In this document: in pieces, positions 34,635 to 48,235 of the stretch | Numbering within the stretch: position 1 is the stretch's first letter | How the letters are laid out: each line of letters begins with the position of its first letter | The notes under the pieces: generated by a model | Database searches by the model: none | What the model was told of the DNA's origin: nothing | Seen by the model: the letters and a program-made list of their open reading frames with translations, nothing else | Assembly (NCBI GenBank): GCA_028826165.1 | Contig: JAPDFW010000105.1 | Location: forward strand, 62,001 to 126,000 | Length of the DNA stretch: 64,000 bases | DNA from: Anaeramoeba ignava BMAN | Lineage: Eukaryota; Protista; Anaeramoebae | Direction of reading: 5' to 3' | Made by a program: the position numbers and the translations under genes

Positions 34635-35935
34635 AAGGAAAATTAAATTTAAAAATAATAAAATCTTTTTTCGATTAAATTAAAAAAAGTGGAATAAAAA
34701 TTTAATCAATTTTAATTTAATTTAATTTAAAAAGATAATTAAAAAGAAAATTAAATTTAATATTAATAAAATCTTTTTTTGATTAAATTAAAAAAAGTGG
34801 AATAAAAAAATTAATCAATTTTAATTTAATTTAATTTAAAAAGATAAATTAAAAGGAAAATTAAATTAAAAAATAATAAAATCTTTTTTCGATTAAATTA
34901 AAAAAAGTGGAATAAAAAAATTAATCAAAATAAATTTTAAATTTAATTTAAAAAAGATAATTAAATTAAAATTAAATTTAAAAATTAATAAAATCTTTTT
35001 TTGATTAAATTAAAAAAAGTGGAATAAAAAATTAATCAATTTTAATTTAATTTAATTTAAAAAGATAATTAAAAAAAAATTAAATTTAATATTAATAAAA
35101 TCTTTTTTTGATTAAATTAAAAAAAGTGGAATAAAAAAATTAATCAATTTAAATTTAATTTAATTAAAAAAGATAATTAAATAGAAAATTAAATTTAAAT
35201 ATTAATAAAATCTTTTTTTGATTAAATTAAAAAAAGTGGAATAAAAAAATTAATCAATTTTAATTTAATTTAATTTAAAAAGATAATTAAATTAAAAATT
35301 AAATTTAATATTAATAAAATCTTTTTTTGATTAAATTAAAAAAAGTGGAATAAAAAAATTAATCAAAATAATTTTTAATTTAATTTAATTTAAAAAAGAT
35401 AAATAAAAAGAAAATTAAATTTAATATTAATAAAATCTTTTTTTGATTAAATTAAAAAAAGTGGAATAAAAAAATTAATCAATTTAAATTTAATTTAATT
35501 TAAAAAGATAATTAAATGGAAAATTAAATTAAAAAATAATAAAATCTTTTTTTGATTAAATTAAAAAAGTGGAATAAAAAAATTAATCAAAATAAATTTT
35601 AATTTAATTTAAAAAGATAATTAAATGGAAAATTAAATTTAATATTAATAAAATCTTTTTTTGATTAAATTAAAAAAAGTGGAATAAAAAAATTAATCAA
35701 TTTAAATTTAATTTAATTTAAAAAGATAAATAAATGGAAAATTAAATTTAATATTAATAAAATCTTTTTTTGATTAAATTAAAAAAAGTGGAATAAAAAA
35801 ATTAATCAATTTAAATTTAATTTAATTAAAAAAAAAGAAAATTAAATTTAATATTAATAAAATCTTTTTTTGATTAAATTAAAAAAAGTGGAATAAAAAA
35901 ATTAATCAAAATAAATTTTAATTTAATTTATTTAA
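34635..35935. repeat. ~110-bp tandem repeat, about 12 copies, upstream of PITP
   Basis: The unit core taataaaatcttttttgattaaattaaaaaaagtggaataaaaaaattaatcaa recurs about every 110 nt. Confidence 0.92.
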
Positions 35936-36035
35936 AAAAAAAAGAAAATTTAAAAAAATTTTTTTTAAATTTTTTTTTCATTTTTTTTTTCCAAATTTTT
36001 TTTTAATAATAATAATAATAATCATAATAAACAAA

Positions 36036-38915
36036 ATGAAAATTGTTGAATATCGAATTACTCTTCCAGTTTCAGTTAAAGAAGTAAAATTTAAAAAATT
36101 AAAAAAATTAAAAAAATTACAAAAAAAAAATTTTTAATTGATTTTCTTTGTTGTTTTTTATTTTTGAAAATTAAGTACAATATCGCACAACTTTATATGG
36201 TTGCTAAAAGAACACTTCAAGAAACAAAATCAGCAACAGCAGGTCAAGGAATAGAAATTCTTAAAAACGAACCTTTTGAAAATGAAAATGTAAGTGTTGA
36301 TTTGATTTTAAAAAAATTTTTTCTAATTTTTATTTAATTTTTTTTTTAATTAAAATTTCTTTTAAAATTTTAAAGGGAAAAGGTCAATATACTCATAAAG
36401 TTTTTCATATTGATCATAAAGTTCCAGGTTGGCTTAAAGCAATCCTTCCAAAAAGTGCAATGATTTTTGAAGAAAAAGCTTGGAATGGATTTCCTTATTG
36501 CAAAACTGGTATTTTCTTTATTTGATCTAATCAATAACAAAACAAAAAATCTTTTTTTATTTTATTAAAAATTTAATTTTAAAAAAATTTTTTTTTTTGT
36601 TTTTGTTGTTTTTGTTTAGTTTATTCTGTAAATTATTTTAAAACCAAAAAGTTAATGATTAGCAAGATTTTATTTAAATATGGAAAGAAGTTGAATCAAA
36701 ATTAAATTCAAATTAAAACTGAAATCAAAATCAAAATTAAAATCAAAAATCAAAATTAAAATCAAAATTAAAATTAAAATTAAAATTAAAATTAAAATCA
36801 AAATTAAAATTAAAATTAAAATCAAAATTAAAATCAAAATTAAAATTGAATTAAAAATTGAAAATGAAAATCAAAATTAAAATTAAAATTGAAATTTAAA
36901 ATCAAAATTAAAATTAAAATTAAAATTTAAAATTAAAAATTAAAATCAAAATTCAAAATTAAAATTTAAAATTCAAAATTAAAATCAAAATTAAAAACAA
37001 AATTAAAATTAAAATTAAAATTAAAATTAAAATTAAAATTAAAATTAAAATTAAAATTAAAATCAAAATTAAAATTAAATTCAAAATTAAAATTAAAATT
37101 AAAATTAAAATCAAAAATTAAAATCAAAATTAAAATTAAAATTAAAATCAAAATTAAAATCATAATTATAATAAAAATTAAAATTAAAATCAAAATTAAA
37201 ATTAAAATTCAAAATTAAAAATTTATAAAATTAAAATTAAAATTAAAATTAAAATTTAAAATTAAAATTAAAATTAAAATTAAAATTAAATTTAAAATTA
37301 AAATTAAAATTAAAATTAAAATTAAAATTAAAATCAAAATTAAAATTTAAAATTAAAATTAAAATTAAAAATTAAAATTTAAAATCAAACCAAAATTAAA
37401 AATTAAAATCAAAATTAAAATTAAAATTAAAATTAAAATTAAAAATTAAAATTAAAATTAAAATTAAAATTAAAATTTAAATTAAAATTAAAATTAAAAT
37501 TAAAATTAAAATTAAAATTAAAATTAAAATTAAAATTAAAATTAAAATTAAAAAATTAAAAAAAATTAAAATTCAAAATTAAAAAAAATCAAAATCAAAA
37601 TTAAAATTAAAATTAAAATTAAAATTAAAATTAAAATTTAAAATCAAAATTAAAATTAAAATTGAATTAAAAATTGAAAATGAAAATCAAAATTAAAATC
37701 AAAATTAAAATTTAAATTAAAATTAAAATTCAAAATTAAAATTAAATTCAAAATTAAAATTAAAATTAAAATTAAAATCAAAATTAAAATTAAAAAAATT
37801 CAAAATCAAAATTAAAATTAAAATTAAAATTAAAATTAAAATTAAAATTAAAATTAAAATCAAAATTAAATTAAAATGAAAAGTCACCATTTCTTGAAAA
37901 ATTTCATCTTTCAGTTGAAAGTATGCATATTGATGATAGAGGAGAAACAGAAAATGCATTAAAATGTGATAAAAAAACATTAAAGAAAAGAATAGTAGAT
38001 AAAGTAGATATTGGAAATGAACCAATTAATCCAGAAAAAGAAGATGAAAATGTAAGAGTTTTCAAAAGTAAAAAGACAGGAAGAGGACCATTTGTAGATG
38101 AATGGCAAAAACAAGCTGATCCAGTTATGACATGTTATAAATTAGTAAAAGCTGAATTTAAATATTGGGGACTTCAAGGAAAAGTGGAAAAACTTATGCA
38201 AACAGTAATTTATTTTAATTTTTAAATTAAATTCAAAATTAAATTCAATTCAAAATCAAATTCAAAATTCAATTCAAAATTAAATTCAAAATTAAATTCA
38301 AAATCAAATTCAAAATTAAATTCAAAATTAAATTCAAAATTAAATTCAAAATTAAATTCAAAATTAAATTCAAAATTAAATTCAAAATTCAAAATCAAAT
38401 TCAAAATTAAATTCAAAATCAAATTAAAAATTAAAATTAAATTCAAAATTAAATTCAAAATTAAATTCAAAATCAAATTCAAAATTAAATTCAAAATCAA
38501 ATTAAAAATTAAAATTAAATTCAAAATTAAATTTCTTTTTTTTAGATGGGAACTAGAGATATTTTATTAAGTACTCATAGACAATTAATTTGTTGGATGG
38601 ATGAATGGCACGGAATGACAATGGAAGATATTAGAAAACTTGAAGCAGAAACTCAAAAAAAAGTTAATAGTGTAAATTATTATTTAAAAAATTTTTTTTC
38701 CGATTTTAAAAAATTTTTTTTCCGATTTTAATTTTAATTTGTTTTTTTTTTGGTTTTAGATTATTCAAGGAGAAAAGGGAGATTCAGAAACTATTGATAA
38801 TCAAGAAAAGAAAGATGAAAAAGAAAAAGAAGATGATAATGATGATGATGATAAAAATACAATTCATATTGATCAAAATGATGAAAAAGAAAAAGAAGAA
38901 GAAAAAGAAAAATAA
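36036..38915 (+). CDS. Phosphatidylinositol transfer protein (START-like PITP family), 301 aa; exons 36036-36083, 36176-36289, 36376-36508, 36620-36627, 37884-38204, 38546-38671, 38760-38915
   Basis: 906 nt in frame. Motifs EYRITLP, YNIAQLYMVAK, GIEILKNEPF, GKGQYTHK, EKAWNGFPYCKT, FKSKKTGRGP, MTCYKLV, WGLQGKVE and HRQLICWMDEWHGMTMEDIR; acidic tail. Confidence 0.92.
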
Positions 38916-39087
38916 AAATAGAAAAATAGATAATTAATTCAAAAATTAAATACAAAATTCTTTTCTTCTCTTCTCAAAAATATAATCAAATATCCGATAA
39001 AAAATAACGGATAAACAAACAAATAAAAACAAATTTTTTTTTTCCTTTTTTTTTCTTTTTCATTTTTTTCCTTCAAATTAAATCAAA

Positions 39088-40904
39088 ATGGATTTTTTTC
39101 AAATTATTAAAAAAATACAAAAAGATGATTTACAAAAACTCAAAAAACTTTCAAAAAAAGAAAGAAAAAAGAAAAGGAAAGAAATTCTAAGTTCGCTAAG
39201 CGAAAAAATTGATTCATTGATTGAAAAAGGAATTGATATTAATTCAAAAACAAATAATAATAATGAAACTGCTTTACATTATGCTTGTTAAAATGAAAAT
39301 ATTTCCATTGAAATTATTAAATATCTTATTGAAAAAGGAATTGATATTAATTCAAAAACAAATAATAATGAAACTGCTTTACATATTGCTTGTTAAAATG
39401 AAAATATTTCCATTGAAATTATTAAATATCTTATTGAAAATGGAATTGATATTAATTCAAAAACAGAATATAATAATGAAACTGCTTTACATATTGATTA
39501 TTTGCCAAAATGAAAATATTTCCACTCAAATTATTAAATATCTTATTGAAAATGAAATTGATATTAATTCAAAAACAGATAATAATGAAACTGCTTTACA
39601 TTTAATTTGTAAAAACAAGTGGAATTCTTATAAAATTGTCAAATTATCAAATATCTAATTGAAAATGAAATTGATATCAATTCAAAAACAAATAATAATA
39701 ATAAAACTGCTTTACATTATGCTTGTAAAAATGAAAATATTTCCATTCAAATTATTAAATATCTTATTGAAAATGGAATTGATATCAATTCAAAAACAGA
39801 TAATAATGAAACTGCTTTACATTTTGCTTGTGAAAATGAAAATATTTCCATTCAAATTATTAAATATCTAATTGAAAATGGAATTGATATTAATTCAAAA
39901 ACAGAATATCATAATAAAACAGCTTTACATATTGTTTGTAAAAACAAGTGGAATTCTTATAAAATTGTCAAGTTATCAAATATCTAATTGAAAATGGAAT
40001 TGATATTAATTCAAAAACAAAATATAATAATAAAACAGCTCTTTCAATTTCAATAAGAAGAAGAAACAATAGAGAATTAATCAAATTATTATTAATGAAT
40101 GATGCAAATATTTTTGATTTAGATCAATATCAAATTACAAAAGAATTTATTGAAATTTTCTTTCAAATTTATTCAATTAATCAAGATTTAAACAATTTAT
40201 TATTAAAATCAAATGAAGATAATAATTTTTCAGATTATCAAATTCAATCAAATGATGGTTTCAAATTTAATGTTCATAAATTAATTTTATTAACAAGATT
40301 TGATAATAACCAAATAATTTTAAACAAATTTATCAATATTTGTCAATTAAAAAAAACAAAAGAAGAAGTTGAACTTTCATTAAATTTTCTTTATTCAGGA
40401 TTTTATGGTTTTGAACAAATTTATCAAAAATTAAATTTAGAACATTTTAAAGATCAATCCAAACAAATATTATTATCAGAAATGAAAGAAAAAGAAAATA
40501 AAATAACCAAATTATTTAAAGAAATTGGATTTGATTCAAATTGGATTGAAAATAAAAAAGGAAGAAAAGGAATAATAAAAGATTTATCAAAATTATATCA
40601 ACAAAATGAAACAAAAGATTTTACAATAATTATTTCAAAAGAAAAAGAAATTAAAGTTCATAAATTAATATTAATAATAAGAAGTGAATTATATAAAGGA
40701 ATGTTTTTAAATGTTCAAGATTCATCAAATCAAGTTCATGATTATTCAAAAAAATCATTTAAAACAATTTATCAATTAATTTATTTTCTTTATCATGATA
40801 AATTTGAATTTGAAAATGAAATTAATGAAGAATTTTCAGATTTAAAAGATTATTTTCAATTAAATCAAAATTCAATAATTGATTTATTATTAAATTCAAA
40901 TTAA
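39088..40904 (+). pseudogene. Ankyrin-repeat/BTB-BTB gene copy 1, with a distinct N-terminus and disrupted frame
   Basis: In-frame TAA at 39289 and 39394 (tgt TAA aat) and frameshifts near 39495 and 39640. The BTB-BTB tail 40095-40904 is intact. Assembly artefact is not excluded. Confidence 0.6.
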
Positions 40905-40981
40905 AATTAAAAAATTAATTTAAAAAGAGGAAAAAAGCAAAAATATTTTTTTCATTTTTTTTTTTCATTTTTTTTTTTAAA

Positions 40982-43900
40982 ATGAATTTAATTAAAAAAG
41001 CAATTAAAGAAAATAATAAAGAATATTTAAAACAAATTGAAAACATTTCAAAACAAGAAATTAAAAAAGAAAACAAATCAATTTTACATTTTGCAATTGA
41101 AAACAAAGTTTCAAAAGAAATAATTGAAATTTTAATTTCTAAAGGTTTAAATCCAAATTCTGTTGATGAATTAGGAAGAAATTCATTTCATATTGCAATT
41201 ATCAATAATTCAACAAATGATATTCTTGAACTTTTACTTTCTAATGGAATTAATATCAATTCAAAAACAATCAAAACAAAATTTCTTTCAACTTTTCAAG
41301 ATGATTTAAAAGAAGTAATTCAATATATCATTAATAACAAAATTGATATTGATACAAAAGAATTTATCAAAGAAACCAAAATACAAATTCCATCAAAATA
41401 TCAAAATTCAATACTTGAACTAATAAAATATTCAGATTCACACAATATCTATATTAATACAAATATATTCATAAATAAAAATGCTTTACATTTTGCTTGT
41501 TATAATGAAAATATTTCCATTCAAATTATTAAATATCTAATTGAAAATGGAATTGATATTAATTCAAAAACAGATAATAATAAAACTGCTTTGCATATTG
41601 CTTGTAAAAATAAAAATATTTCGATTGAAATTATTAAATATCTTATTTCCAAAGGAATTGATATTAATTCAAAAACAAAAGATAATAATGAAACTGCTTT
41701 GCATATTGTCTTGTGAAAATAAAAATATTTCCATTGAAATTATTAAATATCTTATTGAAAATGGAATTAATATTAATTCAAAAACAAATAATAATGAATC
41801 TGCTTTACATATTGCTTGCCAAAATGAAAATATTTCCATTGAAATTATTAAATATCTAATTGAAAATGGAATTGATATTAATTCAAAAACATATAATAAT
41901 GAAACTGCTTTACATTATGCTTGTAAAAATGAAAATATTTCAATTCAAATTATCAAATATCTTATTGAAAATGAAATTGATATCAATTCAAAAACAAATT
42001 GGAATAATAATGAAACTGCTTTACATTATGCTTGTGAAAATAAAAATATTTACATTCAAATTATTAAATATCTTATTGAAAATGGAATTGATATCAATTC
42101 AAAAACAAATAATAATGAAACTGTTTTACATTTTGCTTGTAAAAATGAAAATATTTCGATTCAAATTATTAAATATTTAATTGAAAATGGAATTGATATT
42201 GATTCAAAAACAAAATATAATAATGAAACAGCTTTACATTTTGTTTGTGAAAATAAAAATATTTCAATTGAAATTATTAAATATCTTATTGAAAATGGAA
42301 TTGATATCAATTCAAAAACAAATAATAATAAAACTGCTTTACATATTTCGTTTGAAATTATTTATCAATGAAAAAAAATATTTCCATTCAAATTATTAAA
42401 TATCATTCAAATTATTAAATATCTTATTGAAAATGAAATTGATATCAATTCAAAAACAACAGATAATGAAACTGCTTTACATTATGCTTGTAAAAATAAA
42501 AATATTTCCATTGAAATTATTAAATATCTTATTGAAAATGGAATTGATATCAATTCAAAAACAAATGATAATAATAAAACTGCTTTACATATTGCTTGCC
42601 AAAATGAAAATATTTCCATTGAAATTATTAAATATCTTATTGAAAATGGAATTGATATTAATTCAAAAAGCAAAAATAATAATGAAACTGCTTTACATTT
42701 TGCTTGCCAAAATAAAAATATTTCCATTGAAATTATTAAATATCTTATTGAAAATGGAATTGATATTAATTCAAAAACAAATGATAATAATGAAACTGCT
42801 TGTGAAAATAAAAATATTTCCATTGAAATTATTAAATTGATAATGAAACAGCTTTACATATTGCTTGTTACAATGAAAATATTTCCATTCAAATTATTAA
42901 ATATCTTATTGAAAATGGAATTGATATCAATTCAAAAACAAATGATAATAATAAAACTGTTTTACATTTTGCTTGCCAAAATGAAAATATTTCCATTCAA
43001 ATTATTAAATATCTAATTGAAAATGGAATTGATATTAATTCAAAAACAAAATAATAATGAAACTGCTTTACATTTTGCTTGTGAAAATAAAAATATTTCG
43101 ATTCAAATTATTAAATATCTTATTGAAAATGGAATTGATATTAATTCAAAAGTGAAAATAAAAATATTTCGATTCAAATTAAAAAATCTAAAAAATGAAA
43201 TAATAATCAAAAACATTTCCATTCAAATTATTAAATATCTTATTGAAAATGGAATTGATATCAATTCAAAAACAGATCAGAAACATTAATGAATTATGCT
43301 TGTGAAAAAAAAATAATTGAAAATGGAATTGATATTAATTCAAAAACAAAATATAATAATAAAACAGCTCTTTCAATTTCAATAAGAAGAAGAAACAATA
43401 GAGAATTAATCAAATTATTATTAATGAATGATGCAAATATTTTTGATTTAGATCAATATCAAATTACAAAAGAATTAATTGAAATTTTCTTTCAAATTTA
43501 TTCAATTAATCAAGATTTAAACAATTTATTATTAAAATCAAATGAAGATAATAATTTTTCAGATTATCAAATTCAATCAAATGATGGTTTCAAATTTAAT
43601 GTTCATAAATTAATTTTATTAACAAGATTTGATAATAACCAAATAATTTTAAACAAATTTATCAATATTTGTCAATTAAAAAAAACAAAAGAAGAAGTTG
43701 AACTTTCATTAAATTTTCTTTATTCAGGATTTTATGATTTTGAACAAATTTATCAAAAATTAAATTTAGAACATTTTAAAGATCAATCCAAACAAACATT
43801 ATTATCAGAAATGAAAGAAAAAGAAAATAAAATAACCAAATTATTTAAAGAAATTGGATTTGATTCAAATTGGATTGAAAATAAAAAAGGAAGAAAAGGA

Positions 43901-44228
43901 ATAATAAAAGATTTATCAAAATTATATCAACAAAATGAAACAAAAGATTTTACAATAATTATTTCAAAAGAAAAAGAAATTAAAGTTCATAAATTAATAT
44001 TAATAATTCAAGAAGTGAATTATATAAAGGAATGTTTTTAAATGTTCAAGATTCATCAAATCAAGTTCATGATTATTCAAAAAATCATTTAAAACAATTC
44101 AACAATTAATTTATTTTCTTTATCATGATAAATTTGAATTTGAAAATGAAATTAATGAAGAATTTTCAGATTTAAAAGATTATTTTCAATTAAATCAAAA
44201 TTCAATAATTGATTTATTATTAAATTAA
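40982..44228 (+). CDS. Ankyrin-repeat/BTB-BTB gene copy 2, multiply frameshifted (pseudogene or assembly errors)
   Basis: Shared N-cap MNLIKKAIKENNKEYL, many TALHxAC...IENGIDINSKT repeats and a BTB tail. Breaks near 41710, 42350, 42800, 43150-43320, 44010 and 44080. Confidence 0.7.
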
Positions 44229-44306
44229 AATTAAAAAATTAATTTAAAAAGAAGAAAAAAGCAAAAATATTTTTTTTCATTTTTTTTTTTCATTTTTTTT
44301 TTTAAA

Positions 44307-47300
44307 ATGAATTTAATTAAAAAAGCAATTAAAGAAAATAATAAAGAATATTTAAAACAAATTGAAAACATTTCAAAACAAGAAATTAAAAAAGAAAACA
44401 AATCAATTTTACATTTTGCAATTGAAAACAAAGTTTCAAAAGAAATAATTGAAATTTTAATTTCTAAAGGTTTAAATCCAAAATCTGTTGATGAATTAGG
44501 AAGAAATTCATTTCATATTGCAATTATCAATAATTCAACAAATGATATTCTTGAACTTTTACTTTCAAAAGGAATTAATATCAATTCAAAAACAATCAAA
44601 ACAAAATTTCTTTCAACTTTTCAAGATGATTTAAAAGAAGTAATTTAATATATCATTAATAACAAAATTGATATTGATACAAAAGAATTTATCAAAGAAA
44701 CCAAAATACAAATTCCATCAAAATATCAAAATTCAATACTTGAATTAATAAAATATTCAGATTCACACAATATCTATATTAATACAGATATATTTATAAA
44801 TAAAAATGCTTTACATATTGCTTGTAAAAATAAAAATATTTCCATTCAAATTATCAAATATCTAATTGAAAATAGAATTGATATTAATTCAAAAACAGAT
44901 AATAATAAAAATGCTTTACATATTGCTTGTAAAAATGAAAATATTTCCATTCAAATTATCAAATATCTTATTGAAAATGAAATTGATATCAATTCAAAAA
45001 CAGATCAGTTACAATGAAAAGAAATTAAACAGCTTTTACATATTGATATCAATTCAAAAACAAAACGAAATGAAACTACTTTGTTTCCATTCAAATTATC
45101 AAATATCTAATTGAAAATGGAATTGATATTAATTCAAAAACAAAACGAAATGAAACTGCTTTACATTATGCTTGTAAAAATAAAAATATTTCTATTGAAA
45201 TTATCAAATATCTAATTGAAAATGAAATTGATATTAATTCAAAAACAAAATGGAATGCAACTACTTTACATATTGCTTGTAAAAATAAAAATATTTCGAT
45301 TGAAATTATTAAATATCTTATTTCCAAAGGAATTGATATTAATTCAAAAACAAATAATAATGAAACAGCTTTACATTATGCTTGTGAAAATAAAAATATT
45401 TCCATTCAAATTATTAAATATCTTATTGAAAATGGAATTGATATCAATTCAAAAACAAAATATAATGAAGAAACAGCTTTACATATTGCTTGTAAAAATG
45501 AAAATATTTCCATTCAAATTATTAAATATCTTATTGAAAATGGAATTAATATCAATTCAAAAACAAAATGGAATGCAACAGCTTTACATTATGCTTGTGA
45601 AAATGAAAATATTTCGATTGAAATTATTAAATATCTAATTGAAAATGGAATTGATATTAATTCAAAAACAAATGATAATAATAAAACAGCTTTACATATT
45701 GCTTGTGAAAATGAAAATATTTCCATTCAAATTATTAAATATCTAATTGAAAATGGAATTGATATTAATTCAAAAACAAATGATAATAATGAAACTGCTT
45801 TACATTTTGCTTGTGAAAATGAAAATATTTCCATTCAAATTATTAAATATCTAATTGAAAATGGAATTGATATTAATTCAAAAACAAATGATAATAATAA
45901 AACTGCTTTACATATTGCTTGTGAAAAAGAAAATATTTCCATTGAAATTATCAAATATCTAATTGAAAATGGAATTGATATTAATTCAAAAACAAAAGAT
46001 AATAAAACTGCTTTACATATTGCTTGTAGAAATGAAAATAAAAATATTTCCGATTCAAATTATTAAATATCTTATTGAAAATGGAATTGATATTAATTCA
46101 AAAACATATTGGAATGATGAAACAGCTTTACATTATGCTTGTAAAAATGAAAATATTTCCATTCAAGTTATCAAATATCTTATTGAAAATGGAATTGATA
46201 TTAATTCAAAAACAAAAGATAATAATGAAACAGCTTTACATTATGCTTGCCAAAATGAAAATATTTCCATTCAAATTATTAAATATCTAATTGAAAATGG
46301 AATTGATATTAATTCAAAAACAAAAAACAATAATAAAACTGCTTTACATATTGCTTGTCAAAATGAAAATATTTCCATTCAAATTATTAAATATCTTATT
46401 GAAAATGGAATTGATATTAATTCAAAAACAAAATATAATAATAAAACTGCTTTACATATTGCTTGTCAAAATGAAAATATTTCCATTCAAATTATTAAAT
46501 ATCTTATTGAAAATGGAATTGATATTAATTCAAAAACAACTGATAATGAAACAGCTTTACATATTGCTTTCCAAAATTCAAATATTTCCATTCAAATTAT
46601 TAAATATCTAATTGAAAATGGAATTGATATTAATTCAAAAACAAATAATAATGAAACAGCTTTACATTATGCTTGTAGAAATGAAAATAAAAATATTTCT
46701 ATTCAAGTTATCAAATATCTAATTGAAAATGGAATTGATATTAATTCAAAAACAAAATATAGTAATGAAACAGCTTTACATTATGCTTGCCAAAATGAAA
46801 ATATTTCCATTGAAATTATTAAATATCTAATTGAAAATGGAATTGATATTAATTCAAAAACAGATAATAATAAAAGAAACTGCTTTACATTATGCTTGCC
46901 AAAATTCAAATATTTCCATTGAAATTATTAAATATCTAATTGAAAATGGAATTAATATTAATTCAAAAATAGATAATAATAATGCAACAGCTTTACATTA
47001 TGCTTGTAAAAATGAAAATATTTCCATTGAAATTATCAAATATCTTATTGAAAATGAAATTGATATTAATTCAAAAACAGAATATAATAAAGAAACTGCT
47101 TTACATATTGCTTGTTACAATAAAAATATTTCCATTCAAATTATTAAATATCTTATTGAAAATGGAATTGATATTAATTCAAAAACAGAATATAATAAAG
47201 AAACTGCTTTACATTATGCTTGTAAAAATGAAAATATTTCCATTCAAATTATTAAATATCTAATTGAAAATGGAATTGATATTAATTCAAAAACAAAAAA

Positions 47301-48177
47301 CAATGAAACAGCTCTTTCAATTTCAATCAGAAGAAGAAACAACAGAGAAATAATCAAATTATTATTAATGAATGATGCAAATATTTTTGATTTAGATACA
47401 AATCAAATTACAAAAGAATTAATTGAAATTTTCTTTCAAATTTATTCAATTAATCAAGATTTAAACAATTTATTATTAAAATCAAATGAAGATAATAATT
47501 TTTCAGATTTACAAATTCAATCAAATGATGGTTTCAAATTTAATGTTCATAAATTAATTTTATTAACAAGATTTGATAATAACCAAACAAATTTAAATAA
47601 ATTTATCAATATTTGTCAATTAAAAAAAACAAAAGAAGAAGTTGAACTTTCATTAAATTTTCTTTATTCAGGATTTTATGATTTTCAACAAATTTATCAA
47701 AATTTAAATTTAGAACATTTTAAAGATCAATCCAAACAAATATTATTATCAGAAATGAAAGAAAAAGAAAATAAAATAACCAAATTATTTAAAGAAATTG
47801 GATTTGATTCAAATTGGATTGAAAATAAAAAAGGAAGAAAAGGAATAATAAAAGATTTATCAAAATTATATCAACAAAATGAAACAAAAGATTTTACAAT
47901 AATTATTTCAAAAGAAAAAGAAATTAAAGTTCATAAATTAATATTAATATTAAGAAGTGAATTATATAAAGGAATGTTTTTAAATGTTCAAGATTCATCT
48001 AATCAAGTTCATGATTATTCAAAAAAATCATTTAAAACAATTCAACAATTAATTTATTTTCTTTATCATGATAAATTTGAATTTGAAAATGAAATTAATG
48101 AAGAATTTTCAGATTTAAAAGATTATTTTCAATTAAATCAAAATTCAATAATTGATTTATTATTAAATTCAAATTAA
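44307..48177 (+). CDS. Ankyrin-repeat/BTB-BTB gene copy 3, with one premature TAA (44646) and several frameshifts
   Basis: Same architecture as copy 2. CAA in paralogs is TAA at 44646; breaks near 45000-45090, 46050 and 46875; intact tail to 48177. Confidence 0.7.
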
Positions 48178-48191
48178 AATTAAAAAAATTA

Positions 48192-48230
48192 ATTTTTCAT
48201 TTTTCATTTTTCATTTTTCATTTTTTTATA
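48192..48230 (+). promoter_or_regulatory. Initiator-like TTTTCATTTT element (example upstream of DHPS; recurs before most ATGs)
   Basis: (TTTTTCA)4 just before ATG 48236. The same motif lies on the coding strand shortly upstream of ATGs at 892, 4710, 8964(-), 12520(-), 30253, 31610, 36036, 39088, 40982, 44307, 51765(-), 55084, 58579 and 61203. Confidence 0.55.
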
Positions 48231-48235
48231 AGTAA

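Noticed and set aside
34635-35935. Regularly spaced repeat resembling a CRISPR array
   Set aside because: The sequence between conserved cores is itself repeated rather than unique spacer; the context is eukaryotic and there are no cas genes.
39289-44648. TAA read as Gln (alternative genetic code), suggested by TAA at CAA-equivalent positions
   Set aside because: TAA is the normal terminator of Snf7, MCM6, PITP and the intact ankyrin genes, and long conserved ORFs have no internal TAA.
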